DNA of 53,816 nt from Azolla caroliniana (taxonomy: Eukaryota > Plantae > Polypodiophyta). This document shows positions 1 through 12,245 of this stretch, in pieces. The notes beneath the pieces were generated by a model that saw only the letters and a list, made by a program, of their open reading frames with translations, was not told where the DNA came from and made no database searches. The position numbers were made by a program, and so were the translations under genes. The DNA lies in contig JBHGNT010000202.1 of NCBI GenBank assembly GCA_043228905.1, positions 1 through 53,816 of the forward strand. Direction: 5' to 3'. Numbering within the stretch: the stretch's first letter is position 1; every line of letters starts with the position of its first letter.

Positions 1-2175
1 CGATTCTTCGAGTGTTAACCGGCTCTTTGCCGGATGGGTTTGCATCTCATCAAACCGGTCCTTTCCGGTCGATTCAGAGTTCATTATCTTCTTCTCCGAC
101 TCCCAGTCGACAAGGGTCTTGTCCTCCATGAAGATAATATCTCAACTCCGGAATACTTTCTTGTTGACCCGGTCCCACACTCGGTAGCCGAACTCATCAT
201 CGCTGTATCCAAGGAATATGCATGGCCGTGTCTTTGGATCCAATATCCTCTCCAGTCCATAGCAACATGCACGTACGCGAGACACCCAAACACCTTCAGA
301 TACCAGTAGGATACTTCCTTACCGGTCCACACTCTCTGTGGTATGTCTCCATCCAAGGGCACTAAGGGTGATCTGTTGATCACATATGTCGTTGTCAACA
401 ATGCCTCAGCCCCAAACATCTTGGGTAGCTTTGCATGTGCCAACATGCTCCAGACCCTCTCCATTATGGTCCGGTTCATCCTCTTGGCCAGCCCGTTTAG
501 TTCCAACGTCTTCGGCACAATAAATTCGAGCCGGATTCCCTTCGAGCGGTAGTACTCCTCGATTTGCCCCTGGTATTCACCTCCGTTATCTGCTTGAACC
601 GCCTTCAGCTTCCAACCGGTTTCTCTTTCCACTCTAGCGTGGACCTCCTTGAAGACGGATAACACCTGATCCTTCGTCTTCAACGGTGTGGCCCACAGCT
701 TCCAGCTGTGGTCGTCTATGAACGTCACGAAGTATTGCGATCCAGCATGTGACTTCGTGTCCACTTGACACACATCGGTATGCACCAGCTCCAGTGGTGC
801 ATTACATCTCATCGGCGGCCTTGAGCGGAAGGAGGTCCGGTTTTGCTTACATGCCAGGCAGTCGATGCACTTCTCAAGATGCACGTCTTCACCGGAATGA
901 GGTTGTCATCGACAAGCCTCTTCATCCCCTTCTCGCTCATGTGACACAGTCTCTTGTGCCACAGCTCACCGGTAGTGTTTGATGCCACGTTCACTTATTC
1001 CGGACATATTTGGGCATTCATCAAGTACAGTGTGTTGACATTCCGGGCTAAAGCCAGTTTTAGGCTCCCTTTGTAGAACTTCATGACACTGTTCCAAATG
1101 CTACCTGTGTAGCCTTCATCACCTAGCCGACCGGGTGATATCAGGTTCAGTTGAACCTCCAGAACGTGTCAAACTTCCTTCAGCAGCCACACGTCTCCTA
1201 TGCCGACAATTCGGCATGTACCTTCATTCCCCATCCGGACACAACCATGCTCACCGGTTGTGTAGGATGAGAAGCATTTCCGGTCCGGGGTAAGGTGGAA
1301 TGACACTCCGGAATCAACAACCCACGTTGTTTCATCGCCTACAAGGTTCAACTCACGCTCCTCGGTGATGAGCATCAACTCTTCTTCAATTGCCACGATT
1401 GTCGTCATTCCCTTCCAGTCCGGTTCTCTTTGGTCTTTGTCGTTCCTATCTGGTGACCACTTCGAATCGGTACTGTCGGTTTCCTTGTCTTTCCGGAAAG
1501 GCCAACAATTCTTCTAAAAGTGCCCCGGCTTCCCACAGTAGAAGCAAGTGGGCCTTCCCCTTGACTTTGACCGTGTCCCCGACTTTTCCCTGTTCTGGAG
1601 ACTCCGATTCCTTTGTCTTCCACAATCCGATTCAGTAAGGAGTGCTTTGGGGTTAGAGCTCTTATCCTTTTCTTTCCGACGTGTCTCCTCATCTAGCAAG
1701 CTCGACTTGACTCTTGCTAGGGACAACTGTTTTCCTTCTGGCCCGGCGTTGCCCAACGTGACAACTAACGTCTCCCAGCTATCTGGGAGGGAACCGAGTA
1801 GGAGTAGAGAAAGTACCTCATCAGCGAGAGGTACTTCCAACGAGGTTGCCGGGTGAATCAGACCCTGGAAGGCATTCATGTGCTCCGCCATACTGGAGCC
1901 ATCTTAGTATCGGAGCCTCACTAGCTTCCGAAACCCGATTAACAGCATTTTTGTTCTAAAACATAATGTCGATCTTCGATGAAGCACCGTATGTACGTCG
2001 TTGTCTTCATGTGCATCACCTCCCATATCGTGGCATCGATCTTGTCCAGTCTCTTGTCCCCGAACTTAACCGGAAACCAAAGATCTTTAACCATGAGCAT
2101 GTCCCTCATCTTTGACTTCCACACTGAGTAGTTGGAGCCGGTGAGCTTGAACATGCCTCCCAACGAATCTTCCAT
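1..2175 (-). pseudogene. copia A gag-pol, frameshifted with stops and small deletions
   Basis: ORF pieces 1939-2175, 1514-1891, 1169-1408, 809-994 and 84-884 lie in gag-PR-IN order and are colinear with element D. Confidence 0.9.
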
Positions 2176-2206
2176 TTTTCTGTGTCATTTTGCTTTGGTA
2201 CCAAAT

Positions 2207-2747
2207 TGACAGGAACTATGCGGAATAATCTTCGTCCACTACCGAGACTTAGATCACTTCATGATAATCAAACACAATACAAATGGAGAAATGGAAGTAG
2301 GTACACAGACAGAAGAGAATGCACAGGATGTTAACGTGGAAAACCCTAAAACGGGAAAAACCACGGGAGTCCCCAAACTCCAACTATCACTATGTAGAGA
2401 GGAATACAACATATGAACATAGAGGCCACGACCTCTTGCTCTCAATCTTCGCCTAGCGGTGGTTACAACAGAGACACACACACACTCTCTCTCTCTCTCT
2501 TTTCTTCTGCTACGCTTTGTACAGTAGTTACATCAATAACTCTATACAAAATAATGACTACACAATGATCTTGTTTGCCCTAGGTCATATTTATACTAAT
2601 ATGACTTTTGGGCTATTTACAAATATGGCCCTTGTGGGCTCTTTGGAACATATTTACATATATGTCCCTTCATCTGGTGAGAGGTTCTCACCGGGTCTTC
2701 CGTTGTTGGGTACTCATATCCCATCTGGAGGGACCAAAATCCTAACA
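2207..2747 (-). repeat. 5' LTR of copia A
   Basis: TGACAGGAAC...CCTAACA (TG...CA) termini, adjacent to the PBS, homologous to the LTRs of element D. Confidence 0.85.
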
Positions 2748-2820
2748 CATGAAAGGGATCAAGTGTACAAACACAACTTATACATTAATCTCCCAAAGCA
2801 AAATCCGCTACATATGTAAT

Positions 2821-3222
2821 TTTTGAGCGGCAAGCTCAACCGGATCCAAATCGGCTGAATAAGCCTGAGCCAGATCGGCATCCAGAAGGATGAGCTAGAT
2901 CGGAGAGCCAGATTCGAGCGGGAACTGAAAGCCTAGTAGTAGCCTAGATTACTAGGTAGTTAATGTCTCGTAGTTAGTGATAGATGCTTGTGTGAGCATT
3001 GAAGTACATTGTACTTCTGTCAGTCCTCTTAGGACTTGTGTAAATAGTGTTGTTGAGCACGTTGTATGTACAGAGAATTTTACAAAGTTGTTGATAATAG
3101 ATTTAAGTTGTTCTGCTCTTTCTCTGTCTCTCCTGCATACCTTCTGTGTGTTAATCTCTCTCTCTCTCTATTGTTATCCGGCTAAGCCGGTTGTCTAACG
3201 CTTCCGCACCTTCGTTTCTACA
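2821..3222 (+). repeat. 5' LTR of copia B
   Basis: Direct repeat of 18841-19240; the initial TG is mutated to TT; ends in CA immediately before the PBS. Confidence 0.93.
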
Positions 3223-3314
3223 TGGTGTCAGAGCGTGAGGGTTGAGAACATTTGCAGCCGACATCAGCATCTGAAGACAAACCCTAAAACCTGGTAAGAA
3301 CAGAAAGAGAAGTG

Positions 3315-5920
3315 ATGGACAGAGGAATGGCTAGCTCGCTCCTAGTGGAGAAGCTTGACAAATCCAACTACGCATCTTGGTCATACAAGATGCACCAGTA
3401 CCTGCTTGGGCATGGCTATTGGCGCTATGTCGACGGAGCTAATGACACATCACGTGATGCAGCACACAAGGACTTCCTAGTGTGGGAACAAGTGGCAAGC
3501 AAAGTGATGTACTGCTTTGTGTCCAGTGTCAGAGACCAGCTACTGAGCCATGTCCGAGATGCCAAGACGCCAAAAGAAGCTTGAGGAAACCTGAAGAAGG
3601 TTTTCGCGGCAAGCACTATGGCCCGGAAGTTGCAACTCCGATAGGAGTTGAGCAATGTCCGACAAAAGGACATGTCGGTAGCCAATTACACGGCCCGAAT
3701 CAAAGAGATCTGTGACTCACTTGCCTCTATCAACGTCATTGTAGAGGAAGATGAGATGGTGCAGATATGTCTTGGGGGCCTAGTGTCTAAGTTCAGAGCG
3801 TTCCGAATGGCGGTATGTACAAGGGAGAATACGCCGTCATTTTTCGACTTACAGTCGATGCTCCTTGTCGAGGAGAACCACATTGATGCATCAACAAGTG
3901 CACCCATCAACAGCCGGATGATGTACACGGAGGAGGATCGGCCTCGTGGGCATGGTGGACGAGGCGGGTCGACCCGCACTGGTAGAGGCAAGCAAGAGCA
4001 GGACTAAAGGCATAGAGAACGTGCCAACAGTAGTTCCGGACCCTCCACAAGCAAGGGGAGTGAAGGCGGCGCCGGAGGCCGGCAAGCAAAGGCCGACACG
4101 AAATGTTGGTACTGTGGTAAAAAGGGCCACAGAGAAAATGAGTGTTGGAAGAAGCGCGCCAATTCGGACAGATCCGGATCAGGCAAGCCCGACAGAGAGA
4201 ACCGGCAATACTCGCACTATGCAGGAGGATCAAGAGGATCCAAAACCGGAAAAGTCAGTAAAGGGCCAACCTTGGTGATGAAACATGAGGCTAACTCGAT
4301 GAAGAAGACCACTTCCAAATTGGAGGAAGTGTGGTACGTTGATTCCGGTGCGTCGAATCACATGATGAGTCACAAAGAGTGGTTCTCTTTCTTGTAGAAA
4401 CCGGAACAACCGGAGACGACACTACTCACCCAATTGTGCATGTCAAAGAAGTCCCTTTGAGCCACGTCGGACAGAGGGGGAAGTTGATGAACGTATTACA
4501 CGTTCCGACTATCACGAAGAACCTAGTGTTAGTCGATTAGATCATTGACCAGGGGATGCAAGTGTGGTTTACGCACCTTGGGTGCTTCATTGAGGAAGAG
4601 GGCCAGATTATTGCGCAAGGGCGCAGAGATGGGAGGATGTTCATCCTCGACACCAATGACGTCGGCACCGATTTGTTCGCCAAAGGACAGAATATTGAAT
4701 TGGATATTGATCTCTAGCACAAGCGGATCGGCCACGTCAATTACCGGAGGCTTCAAGACCTGCAAACGAAACAAGTTGTTTTCGGTTTGCCGAAGTTCAG
4801 TGGCCGGAAGGCTGAAATTTGTGAAGCATGCCAACTCGAGAAGCAACACCAGCTTCCATTCCCCACTGATCAAAACCAAAGCCATAACAAGCTCGATGTA
4901 TGGGGACCGACACAAAATGTTAGTCTTGGCAGGAGTCGGTATTTCGTCTCCTTCATCGACGACTACAGTCGGCACACATTGATCTACCTCATTGAGCAGA
5001 AGAGCGAAGTCTTCGAGTGTTTTCGGAACCTGTAAAGCTTGGTTGAACGGGAAATGGAGAGGAAGATCAAGTGTCTACGGTCGGATGGCGGAAAAGAATA
5101 CTTTTCCGGCCAATTCAACAGTTATCTATAGCAAAAAGGAATTCGGAGAGAGTTTAGCTGCAGATACACACCGGAGCAAAATGGTGTGGCCAAGAGGAAG
5201 AACCGGTCGATTATCGACGCGGCAAGGGCAATGCTAGAGGAGAAGAGCATGCCCAAATTCTACTAGGCTGAGGCGGTCTGGATGGCCGTTTATATCCAAA
5301 ACCGGATCGGTGACAAGGTGTCCGCGAATGAGCTGTATTTCGGGCGCAAGCCGAACTTGAGACACCTTTGGATATTCGGTAGCATTGCATATGTGCATGT
5401 GCCGGATGAGAAGCGGAGGAAGTTAGATGCAAAGTCGAAGAAATGCATCCTGGTCGAAGTTACTCGCATGAGCAAAAGGGGTATAAGTGTTATAACCCCC
5501 CGGACGAAGCAGGTCCGAGTTAGCCGAAATGTTCAGTTTGATGAAACAACATCATGGTATGCCTTACCGGCTCCGACTTCCGACCCCGTCCCAATACCGG
5601 AGGATGAGGCTAGTGAGCCTGAACCAGTCCAGTTAGAAGACGAAGGTTTCAAGACTCTAGATATGAGTCCAAAATTGTTTCGGTTGAGCGGGCCGAACGA
5701 GCGACTGGGTCAGATAGACTAGTCGGAAGATGAACTAGTGAGTACTGGAGACTCTGCCGTGTTCCCCCCGCGCAAGGAACCGAGGAGACGGTTCACGCAC
5801 AAGGAAAAGGGGAAGAGGAAGATGCCAGAGCACGAGAACGGCAATGGTGAGTCGGATTGGAGCGGATCAGACTCTGAAAAAGAAGAAGACGGATTTTCGG
5901 CAACGAAGACCGAACAGGCC
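3315..5920 (+). pseudogene. copia B gag-protease-integrase, disrupted
   Basis: MDRGMASSL..EKLDKSNYASWSYKM gag, CWYCGKKGH knuckle, VWYVDSGASNHM protease, integrase (SFIDDYSR, RSDGGKEY) and YVHVPDEKRRKLD. Many stops and frameshifts. Confidence 0.92.
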
Positions 5921-6126
5921 AAGAGGGGTGACTGTAGTACAAGTGTCATTTACTACAAGGAGTGGGGGGAACACGTGAGGAGATGTTCTTTCCATTTTGG
6001 GGGCTATTTTCCCCTCACGTCATTTTTGGCGGTTCCCCTCATACTCTTCTTCCTCTATCCCTCTGAGCTCTTCGTCTCACACATCCATGTCACGTTTTTG
6101 CTTTTCCTCCAATCTAAGAGTTTTGT

Positions 6127-6223
6127 TAGGGTTTAGGGAGCAAATCTCAGACATCCATGTAAGGTTGGAGCTTTTGAGTTGAGGATTTTTGGTTTTTTAG
6201 GGTTTCTGTTTTTGTTAGGGTTT
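6127..6223 (+). promoter_or_regulatory. Cluster of telo-box motifs (TAGGGTTT) upstream of the transposase
   Basis: TAGGGTTT at 6127, 6198 and 6216; telo-boxes are established plant promoter/5'UTR elements. Confidence 0.4.
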
Positions 6224-6357
6224 AGGCTGAGGAATAGAGACTGTTCTGAGGCCTCTTATAACAGCCAATAGTGACTTCTTCGACAACAACTTTCTTACTT
6301 CCACCGATTGCAGTTTATGTCGTGGTGATTTGGGGCTTTTTCCATCGAGGCGAGGAT

Positions 6358-6552
6358 CCTTCCACCGAATCCAAGCGGCATATCACAAAGATTCAAGGCG
6401 CCCTCCACCATTGGAGGTTCCTTCCACTAAATCAAGGCGGCATATCACAAAGATTCAAGGCACCCTCCACCATTGGAGGTTCCTTCCAGCAAATCGAGGT
6501 GGCATATCACACAGAATCAACGCTCCCGCCACCATTGGAGGTTCCTTCCATC
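6358..6552. repeat. Three tandem 62-bp repeats with an internal hairpin
   Basis: CCTTCCA recurs at 6358, 6420, 6482 and 6544. Units 1 and 2 contain CCTCCA-CCAT-TGGAGG; unit 3 has a degenerate version. Confidence 0.9.
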
Positions 6553-8469
6553 TATTTTTTTATTTTCAGGACAAAATTTTTTCATTTCTTCATTTTTCAG
6601 TACTAAATTTTTAGATTTTACAATTTTCATATTTGATCCATAATTCTAATGTTCGAAACGAATTATTTCTCACTTTACAAGCCACATTTAAAAACATTTG
6701 ACTGTGTTTTCTTAGTGTAGTCTATATAACATTAACTACTCTCGCCGGACACTTAATTTTTTTGGATAAATCTAGTGACCAAATGGGGGTCCCCAATGAG
6801 AGTGAGTTGTCAAGAAACTCATGTATATCTGAAAGGACCAAGAGACAAGTGGTTCTTCACATAGTCCGTTATTTGGTAGAAATAACGAAGAGATTTAGTG
6901 AAGAGGATCGTAGAGATATTATATGTAGAGTGTTACACCATCAACGTTTGAATGAAGACATGGAGAGAATAAAATTTAGGAACCAATGTGTTTCAGAAGA
7001 GATTGTAGAGTCTATGAAGTCATCCCTAGACTTAGTGAAAGGTGTAGAGAGCATAGACAAACTTGTTGCAAAGAGGGCAGCCCTACACATGGTTGTGAAC
7101 AGTGCGAGACAAAAAAAATATAGTGATACTAAAGTTGCCTTATCCCTGGGTATTCAAAGAAGGAACTTGAGGAAACATTGCCGAAATATACACTCAAGCC
7201 AATTCAAGTGGTTGGGGTTGGGACGTAGACAACGATGCGATGCCTTATCTCAAGAGATTATTGAGAAAGTGGATTCATTTTGGACCAAAAATACATGTGT
7301 CTCACCAAATAAGAAGGACGTGTGTAGACAACAAATAAGTCAGGGTAAGTACCAGATTCACCCTAGAAACTTCTTGGAGATGACAGAGGTATTCCATATT
7401 TTTATATCAATTCATATTCCATAAATTTCTGTTTTGACCAACTATATATTAATGTTTGCTATATATATTGGTTGATGTAGGCTGAATTGTACATGAACTT
7501 TAAAGACCAACATCCAAGCTTGATTGTTGGATTCCGCAAGTTCCAAGGTTTGAAACCATTTTATGTTAGAAAATTAAATGAGAGGAATACATGTTATTGT
7601 GTGTACCAAAGGGAATGCAATGCGTATTGATTCTAAGGGTATACACGGGGATTTATGTGTCTGCACTTGTGAGGTTTGTAGACCAAATGGGGAGGATAAT
7701 AGGTGTAATGCACGAAACATGATTTATGCATCCGTTTCTGAGCTATGGAGGTCTTGTGTTTGTGAAAAAGAACCATCATGTGAGTGGCATCGTCGTACAT
7801 GTCTATTAAGAACATGTAAGGTTTGTCCGCTACCATTATTTTGTAGGCAGGAGCTTGATTTGGGAAACAGTCATATCGTGAAATGGAAATATTTAGAGTA
7901 TGTGACTGAAAATATTGGCAAGGGACTTGTAACTAAGCGTATCAAGGAAGTATATAAGGAGACATGTACTGCTACCCTTGTCTCAGAATTTAAGAAACAA
8001 CTTGGGGAGTTCATTCCACATAACTTCCGGAGTTATTGGCAAAATTCACAGTTCAAGGAATGTATTAATAACTTACCAACGGGTGTCATCATATCCATTA
8101 TTGACTTTGCAGAACACTATACATTTAAAGTTCAAAATGAGGTTCAATTAATGCATTGGTACAATGATCAATGTACAATACTTGTACATATTTGCTATTG
8201 GAGGCAAGACGGTGAGTTACATAAGAAATCAATATTTTACATTTCAGATGATAAAAAGCATGATACACTATTTGTTCAACATTGTTTCAAGCTTCACCAT
8301 GCAGATTTATTGTCTCTAGGGTTAACCTTTAACCGTCATTGGGTTTGGTCTGATGGTGCTGCCTTGCAGTTTAAGGCGGCACGATCGTTCTACTTTATCG
8401 CCAAGTAATTTTTAATCCATATGTTTAGTACTTATCATGCAATGTGTAAGGAAGTAATTCTTGTGTTAG

Positions 8470-8605
8470 TGCATGCATACTAATTATGTTTGTAACTATT
8501 CACACACAGTACTATTCACATGGATGCATACTAATTATGTTTGTAACTATTCGAACACAGCACTATTCACATGGATGCATGCATACTAATTTTGTTTGTA
8601 ACTAA
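8470..8605. repeat. ~55-bp tandem repeat (2-3 copies) in transposase intron 2
   Basis: GCATACTAATT(A/T)TGTTTGTAACTA occurs three times. Confidence 0.8.
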
Positions 8606-8619
8606 GTTAACTGTTCTTG

Positions 8620-10170
8620 ATTGATCAAATAGTACTATCTTGTCACGTGAATCTGTGTTTATTATCTTTTAATCCATGTGAAGTGTTCTCCATAGACAAA
8701 GTGTACTATGTTGTGTGTTGTATCTTTACTAAATCAGTATTTACTGAAGGATGTAAAGTACTCGTATTGTACTCTATAGTATTGTCCGTGCTTAAGAGAA
8801 TTGTACTAATTATCTTTAATCCATGTGAAGTGTTCTCCATAGACACATTGTACTGTGTTGTGTGTTGTATCTGTACTATGTTGTGTTTACAGAAGGATGT
8901 AAAGTACTCGTCTTGTACTCATAGTATTGTCCGTCCTTAAGAGAATTGTACTAATTATCTTTTAATCCATGTGAAGTGTTCTCCATAGACACATTGTATT
9001 ATGTTGTGTGTTGTATCTGTACTATGTTATGTTTACAGAAGGATGTAAAGTACTCGTCTTGTACTCATAGTATTGTCCGTCCTTAAGAGAATTGTACTAA
9101 TTATCTTTTAATCCATGTGAAGTGTTCTCCATAGACACATTGTACTATGTTGTATGTTGTATCTGTACTAAATCAGTATTTACTGAAGGATGTAAAGTAC
9201 TCGTCTTGTACTCATAGTATTGTCCGTCCTTAAGAGAATTGTACTAATCATCTTTTAATCCATGTGAAGTGTTCTCCATCGACACATTGTACTATGTTGT
9301 GTGTTGTATATGTAGTAAATTAGTATTTACTCATCTTGTACTCATAGTATTGTCCGTCCTTAAGAGAATTGTACTAATTATCTTTTAATCCATGTTGAGG
9401 GTTTTCCATGGACACTGTATTGTATTGTGTGTTATATCTGTACTAAATCAGTAATTATCGAAGGATGTAAAGTACATGTCTTTTACTCATAGTATTGTCC
9501 TAGATTGAAGAGTTTGTACTAATTATCTATGAATCAATGTTGAGTGTTCTCCATGAACACACTGTATTGTACTTAGTGTTGTATCTATACTAAATTAGTA
9601 ATTATCAAAAGATGTAAAGTACATGTCTTGTACTCATAGTACTGTCTTATATTGAAGAGTTCGTACTAATTATCTATTAATCCATGCTAAGTGTTCTCCA
9701 TGAACACATTGTATTGTACTATGTGTTGTATCTATACTAAATCAGTGTTTATTGGGGGATGTAAAGTACATGTGTTGTAGTACTAATTATCTTCTAAGGA
9801 GGGTTGTGTTCTCCGTGGACACATTGTACTGTATTGTGTATTGTATATGTACTAAATCAGTATTAATGAATGTAAAGTACTCGTCGTCAGCAACATAGTA
9901 CTATCTGATATTGAAGAGTTTGTACTATTTATCTGTTAATTCATGTAGAGTGCTTTCAATGAATTCATTGTACTATGCTTTGTGCTATATCCATACTAAA
10001 TTAGTATTAATGGATGCCAAGTTCACATGGTTGACAACATAGTACTATTTATCTTTTAATAAGTGTAGAGTTTTCTCAATGGATACGTTGTGCTATGCTT
10101 TGTTTTGTATTTGTACTAAATCAGTATTAATGGATGTGTAGTACTCTCGATTGACAACATAGTACTAATT
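8620..10170. repeat. ~146-147-bp tandem array (~11 units) in transposase intron 2
   Basis: AATCCATG-type anchor at 8671, 8818, 8964, 9110, 9257, 9387, 9532 and 9679, with progressively degenerate units beyond. Confidence 0.92.
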
Positions 10171-11914
10171 TTGTTGGAAACCTATGATACAAAAGCAGGT
10201 ATTTCTCCTTATTCAACATTCGTATGCAATGGAACTAATTCGGGTCTGGACATGGAAAAGGAGAGCATGATGTTGTGCAGTGGCTCACATGGAAGATGTC
10301 AAATGATGGTAAGAACAGATTGTTTGTTGAAGTTCGCGCTGATGAGGTTGATAGAACTAAATCATATTGTTGTAAAACCGTGAAAGTCACACGCAACACC
10401 CATTGTGTATTAGGGTTTAGGCGCAAGGACACAACACAATTGTTACTCCGTACTTTATCATGCTTTTGTTCCATGTGTATAGATGAAGCTTGGGATAAAT
10501 GCATCAACCTATCAATCGTCGAGCCCTGGAAGATGCAGAAGCTTGAGCCTGAACGACACAATGATATTGAAGAGGATGCGCATTCAAACGATATTGTATA
10601 CTACAACCAACATCAAGACTTGGCAGTTTTATTGGATGTTGGAGATCATTTTGCAGTGCTCAAATCTCCTCAGAATGAAGATTTAGAAGACTACTACATT
10701 GTGGTATGCAAGCAAGGAAAGACATTATTGAAAGAAGTGGTGAGGGATGGTTGGGGCAACAATTTCAACCTTGGTGAGTCTGTCGTGTATGGAAACTATT
10801 ATGCAAAGTTGCCGTAGTGCAAGAACACATATGCATTACTAAAAGAAGCACTGATCGCAATAATCTACGTTAATGCCATTCTTGCGATCAAATTCAATAT
10901 GTCTCAAGCAAAGCACAAGGTTAAGGGATACAACACTATCTACAAGGTCCCCCAAGAGGTTCATGAGCACATATTAGGGGAGGTCTCTCTATTTAATGCT
11001 TGAAAGTCACCCTATCAATACATTGTACCAAAAAACTGAAAAACATCCACTTGTAGTTCACTATTTGATGTATTGATATATTAATTTTGATGATTGACAA
11101 ATGAATCGATATATTTCGTCTTTCTTCTATTATGTATTATGAATCGATATATTTGATGTATTGAGACTATTTATTGAGCTTGTATTGTAAGTGTTTATGG
11201 TAATTATAGAGTTGCTTGTTTCCATGGTTTAAGGTGTGAAGTCTTCAATACTTTTGTATTGTCAATGTTTATGGTAGTTATAGAATTGCTTGTTTCTATG
11301 GTTTAAGGTGTGAAGTCTTGAATACTTAGTAGCCTAAATATGGCCCAAACTTATTCAACTATCAAGTCTCTATTGTGTGCACTCAAGTCATTATTCAACT
11401 CTAACCATGTGCAGTCAAGGAGAGCATACTTCGCAAGTATCAATATACATATTAGTACTAACGCAAGTATCAATATACATATTAGTTTAGTACTAATGTC
11501 AATTGCAAGTATTAAGTAATACATAGCAGTCTCCCAATGTCAATTGCAAGTATTAAGTAATACATAGTAGTCTCCCAAAGTATCTCAGTTAGACGGATAC
11601 ATACATCTGATGTAAAGTTTGGTTGCATGACAGTATAAACCAATCTTCTAAATCTTCATTTGGTATAACGAACTGTATATAACATCTCAGTTAACAATAT
11701 AGAATTTTATTTGTAATCAACACAATCATGGCTGCATGGGAGTGTACCTGGGAGTGTGATAAATTCGTACCTCCCTCACCAAAGATCATTTCAGAATTAG
11801 CAATATAGAAATTCAGATTGCACTACAACACTAGATGAGTGATCTGATCTTCACAACATTTCAGAGTTAACAATAGAATACATTTTCATTCTCTGCAATT
11901 GGCAATATAGAATT

Positions 11915-12245
11915 TCACACTGGTATAACTATTGGATTTTGGTATACCAAATAGTTCAATTTCAGACATCACTAACAGTTCTAAAGTTCAAGTACAATCG
12001 TAAGACAATCGAAAGACACTGGTATAACTATTTCAGATAAATGAGACAGTATTTTGGTATACCAAATAGTTCAATTTCAGACATCACTAACAGTTCAGCT
12101 AAAGTTCAAGTACAATCGAAAGACAATTGAAAGACACTGGTATAACTATTTCAGATAAATGAGACAGTATTTTGGTATACCCAATAGTTCAATTTCAGAA
12201 ATCACTAACAGTTCAGCTAAAGTTCAAGTACAATCGAAAGACAAT
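11915..12245. repeat. ~116-bp tandem repeat (3 copies) between the two convergent genes
   Basis: GGTATACC(A/C)AATAGTTCAATTTCAGA at 11941, 12056 and 12174. Confidence 0.88.

Larger units (their letters stand above)
1..2747 (-). mobile_element. Ty1/copia LTR retrotransposon A (Tnt1/Tork-like), degenerate; 3' part runs off the left window edge
   Basis: Minus-strand fragments of gag (MEDSLGGMFKLTGSNYSVWKSKM), a CCHC knuckle (CFYCGKPGHF), protease (WVVDSG), GAG-pre-integrase (LWHKRLCHMSEKG) and integrase (LELVHTDV, FIDD, DNGGEY). PBS-like GCTTTGGTACCA at 2192-2203 next to an LTR. Closely similar to element D. Confidence 0.93.
6762..11003 (+). pseudogene. Sola2-like DDD transposase, three exons, inactivated
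   Basis: Exons ~6762-7388, 7481-8404 and 10199-11003, with phase-compatible GT-AG introns 7389-7480 and 8405-10198. Motifs ELYMNFKDQHP..GFRKFQGLKPFYV..NTCYC, IDFAEHY..QNEVQLMHW, ISDDKKHD, WSDGAALQFK, WN*FGSGHGKGEHD and LSCFCSMC match the Sola2 pattern as I recall it. Frameshift near 7610 and in-frame stops. Confidence 0.8.

Noticed and set aside
6126-6138. Interstitial telomere (TTAGGGTTTAGGG)
   Set aside because: Only 1-2 units; better explained as telo-box promoter motifs.
6358-6552. Hairpin-containing repeats as a CRISPR array
   Set aside because: Whole 62-bp units are repeated; there are no unique spacers.
8617-8940. 107-aa ORF in the tandem array
   Set aside because: Translation of intronic repeat units.
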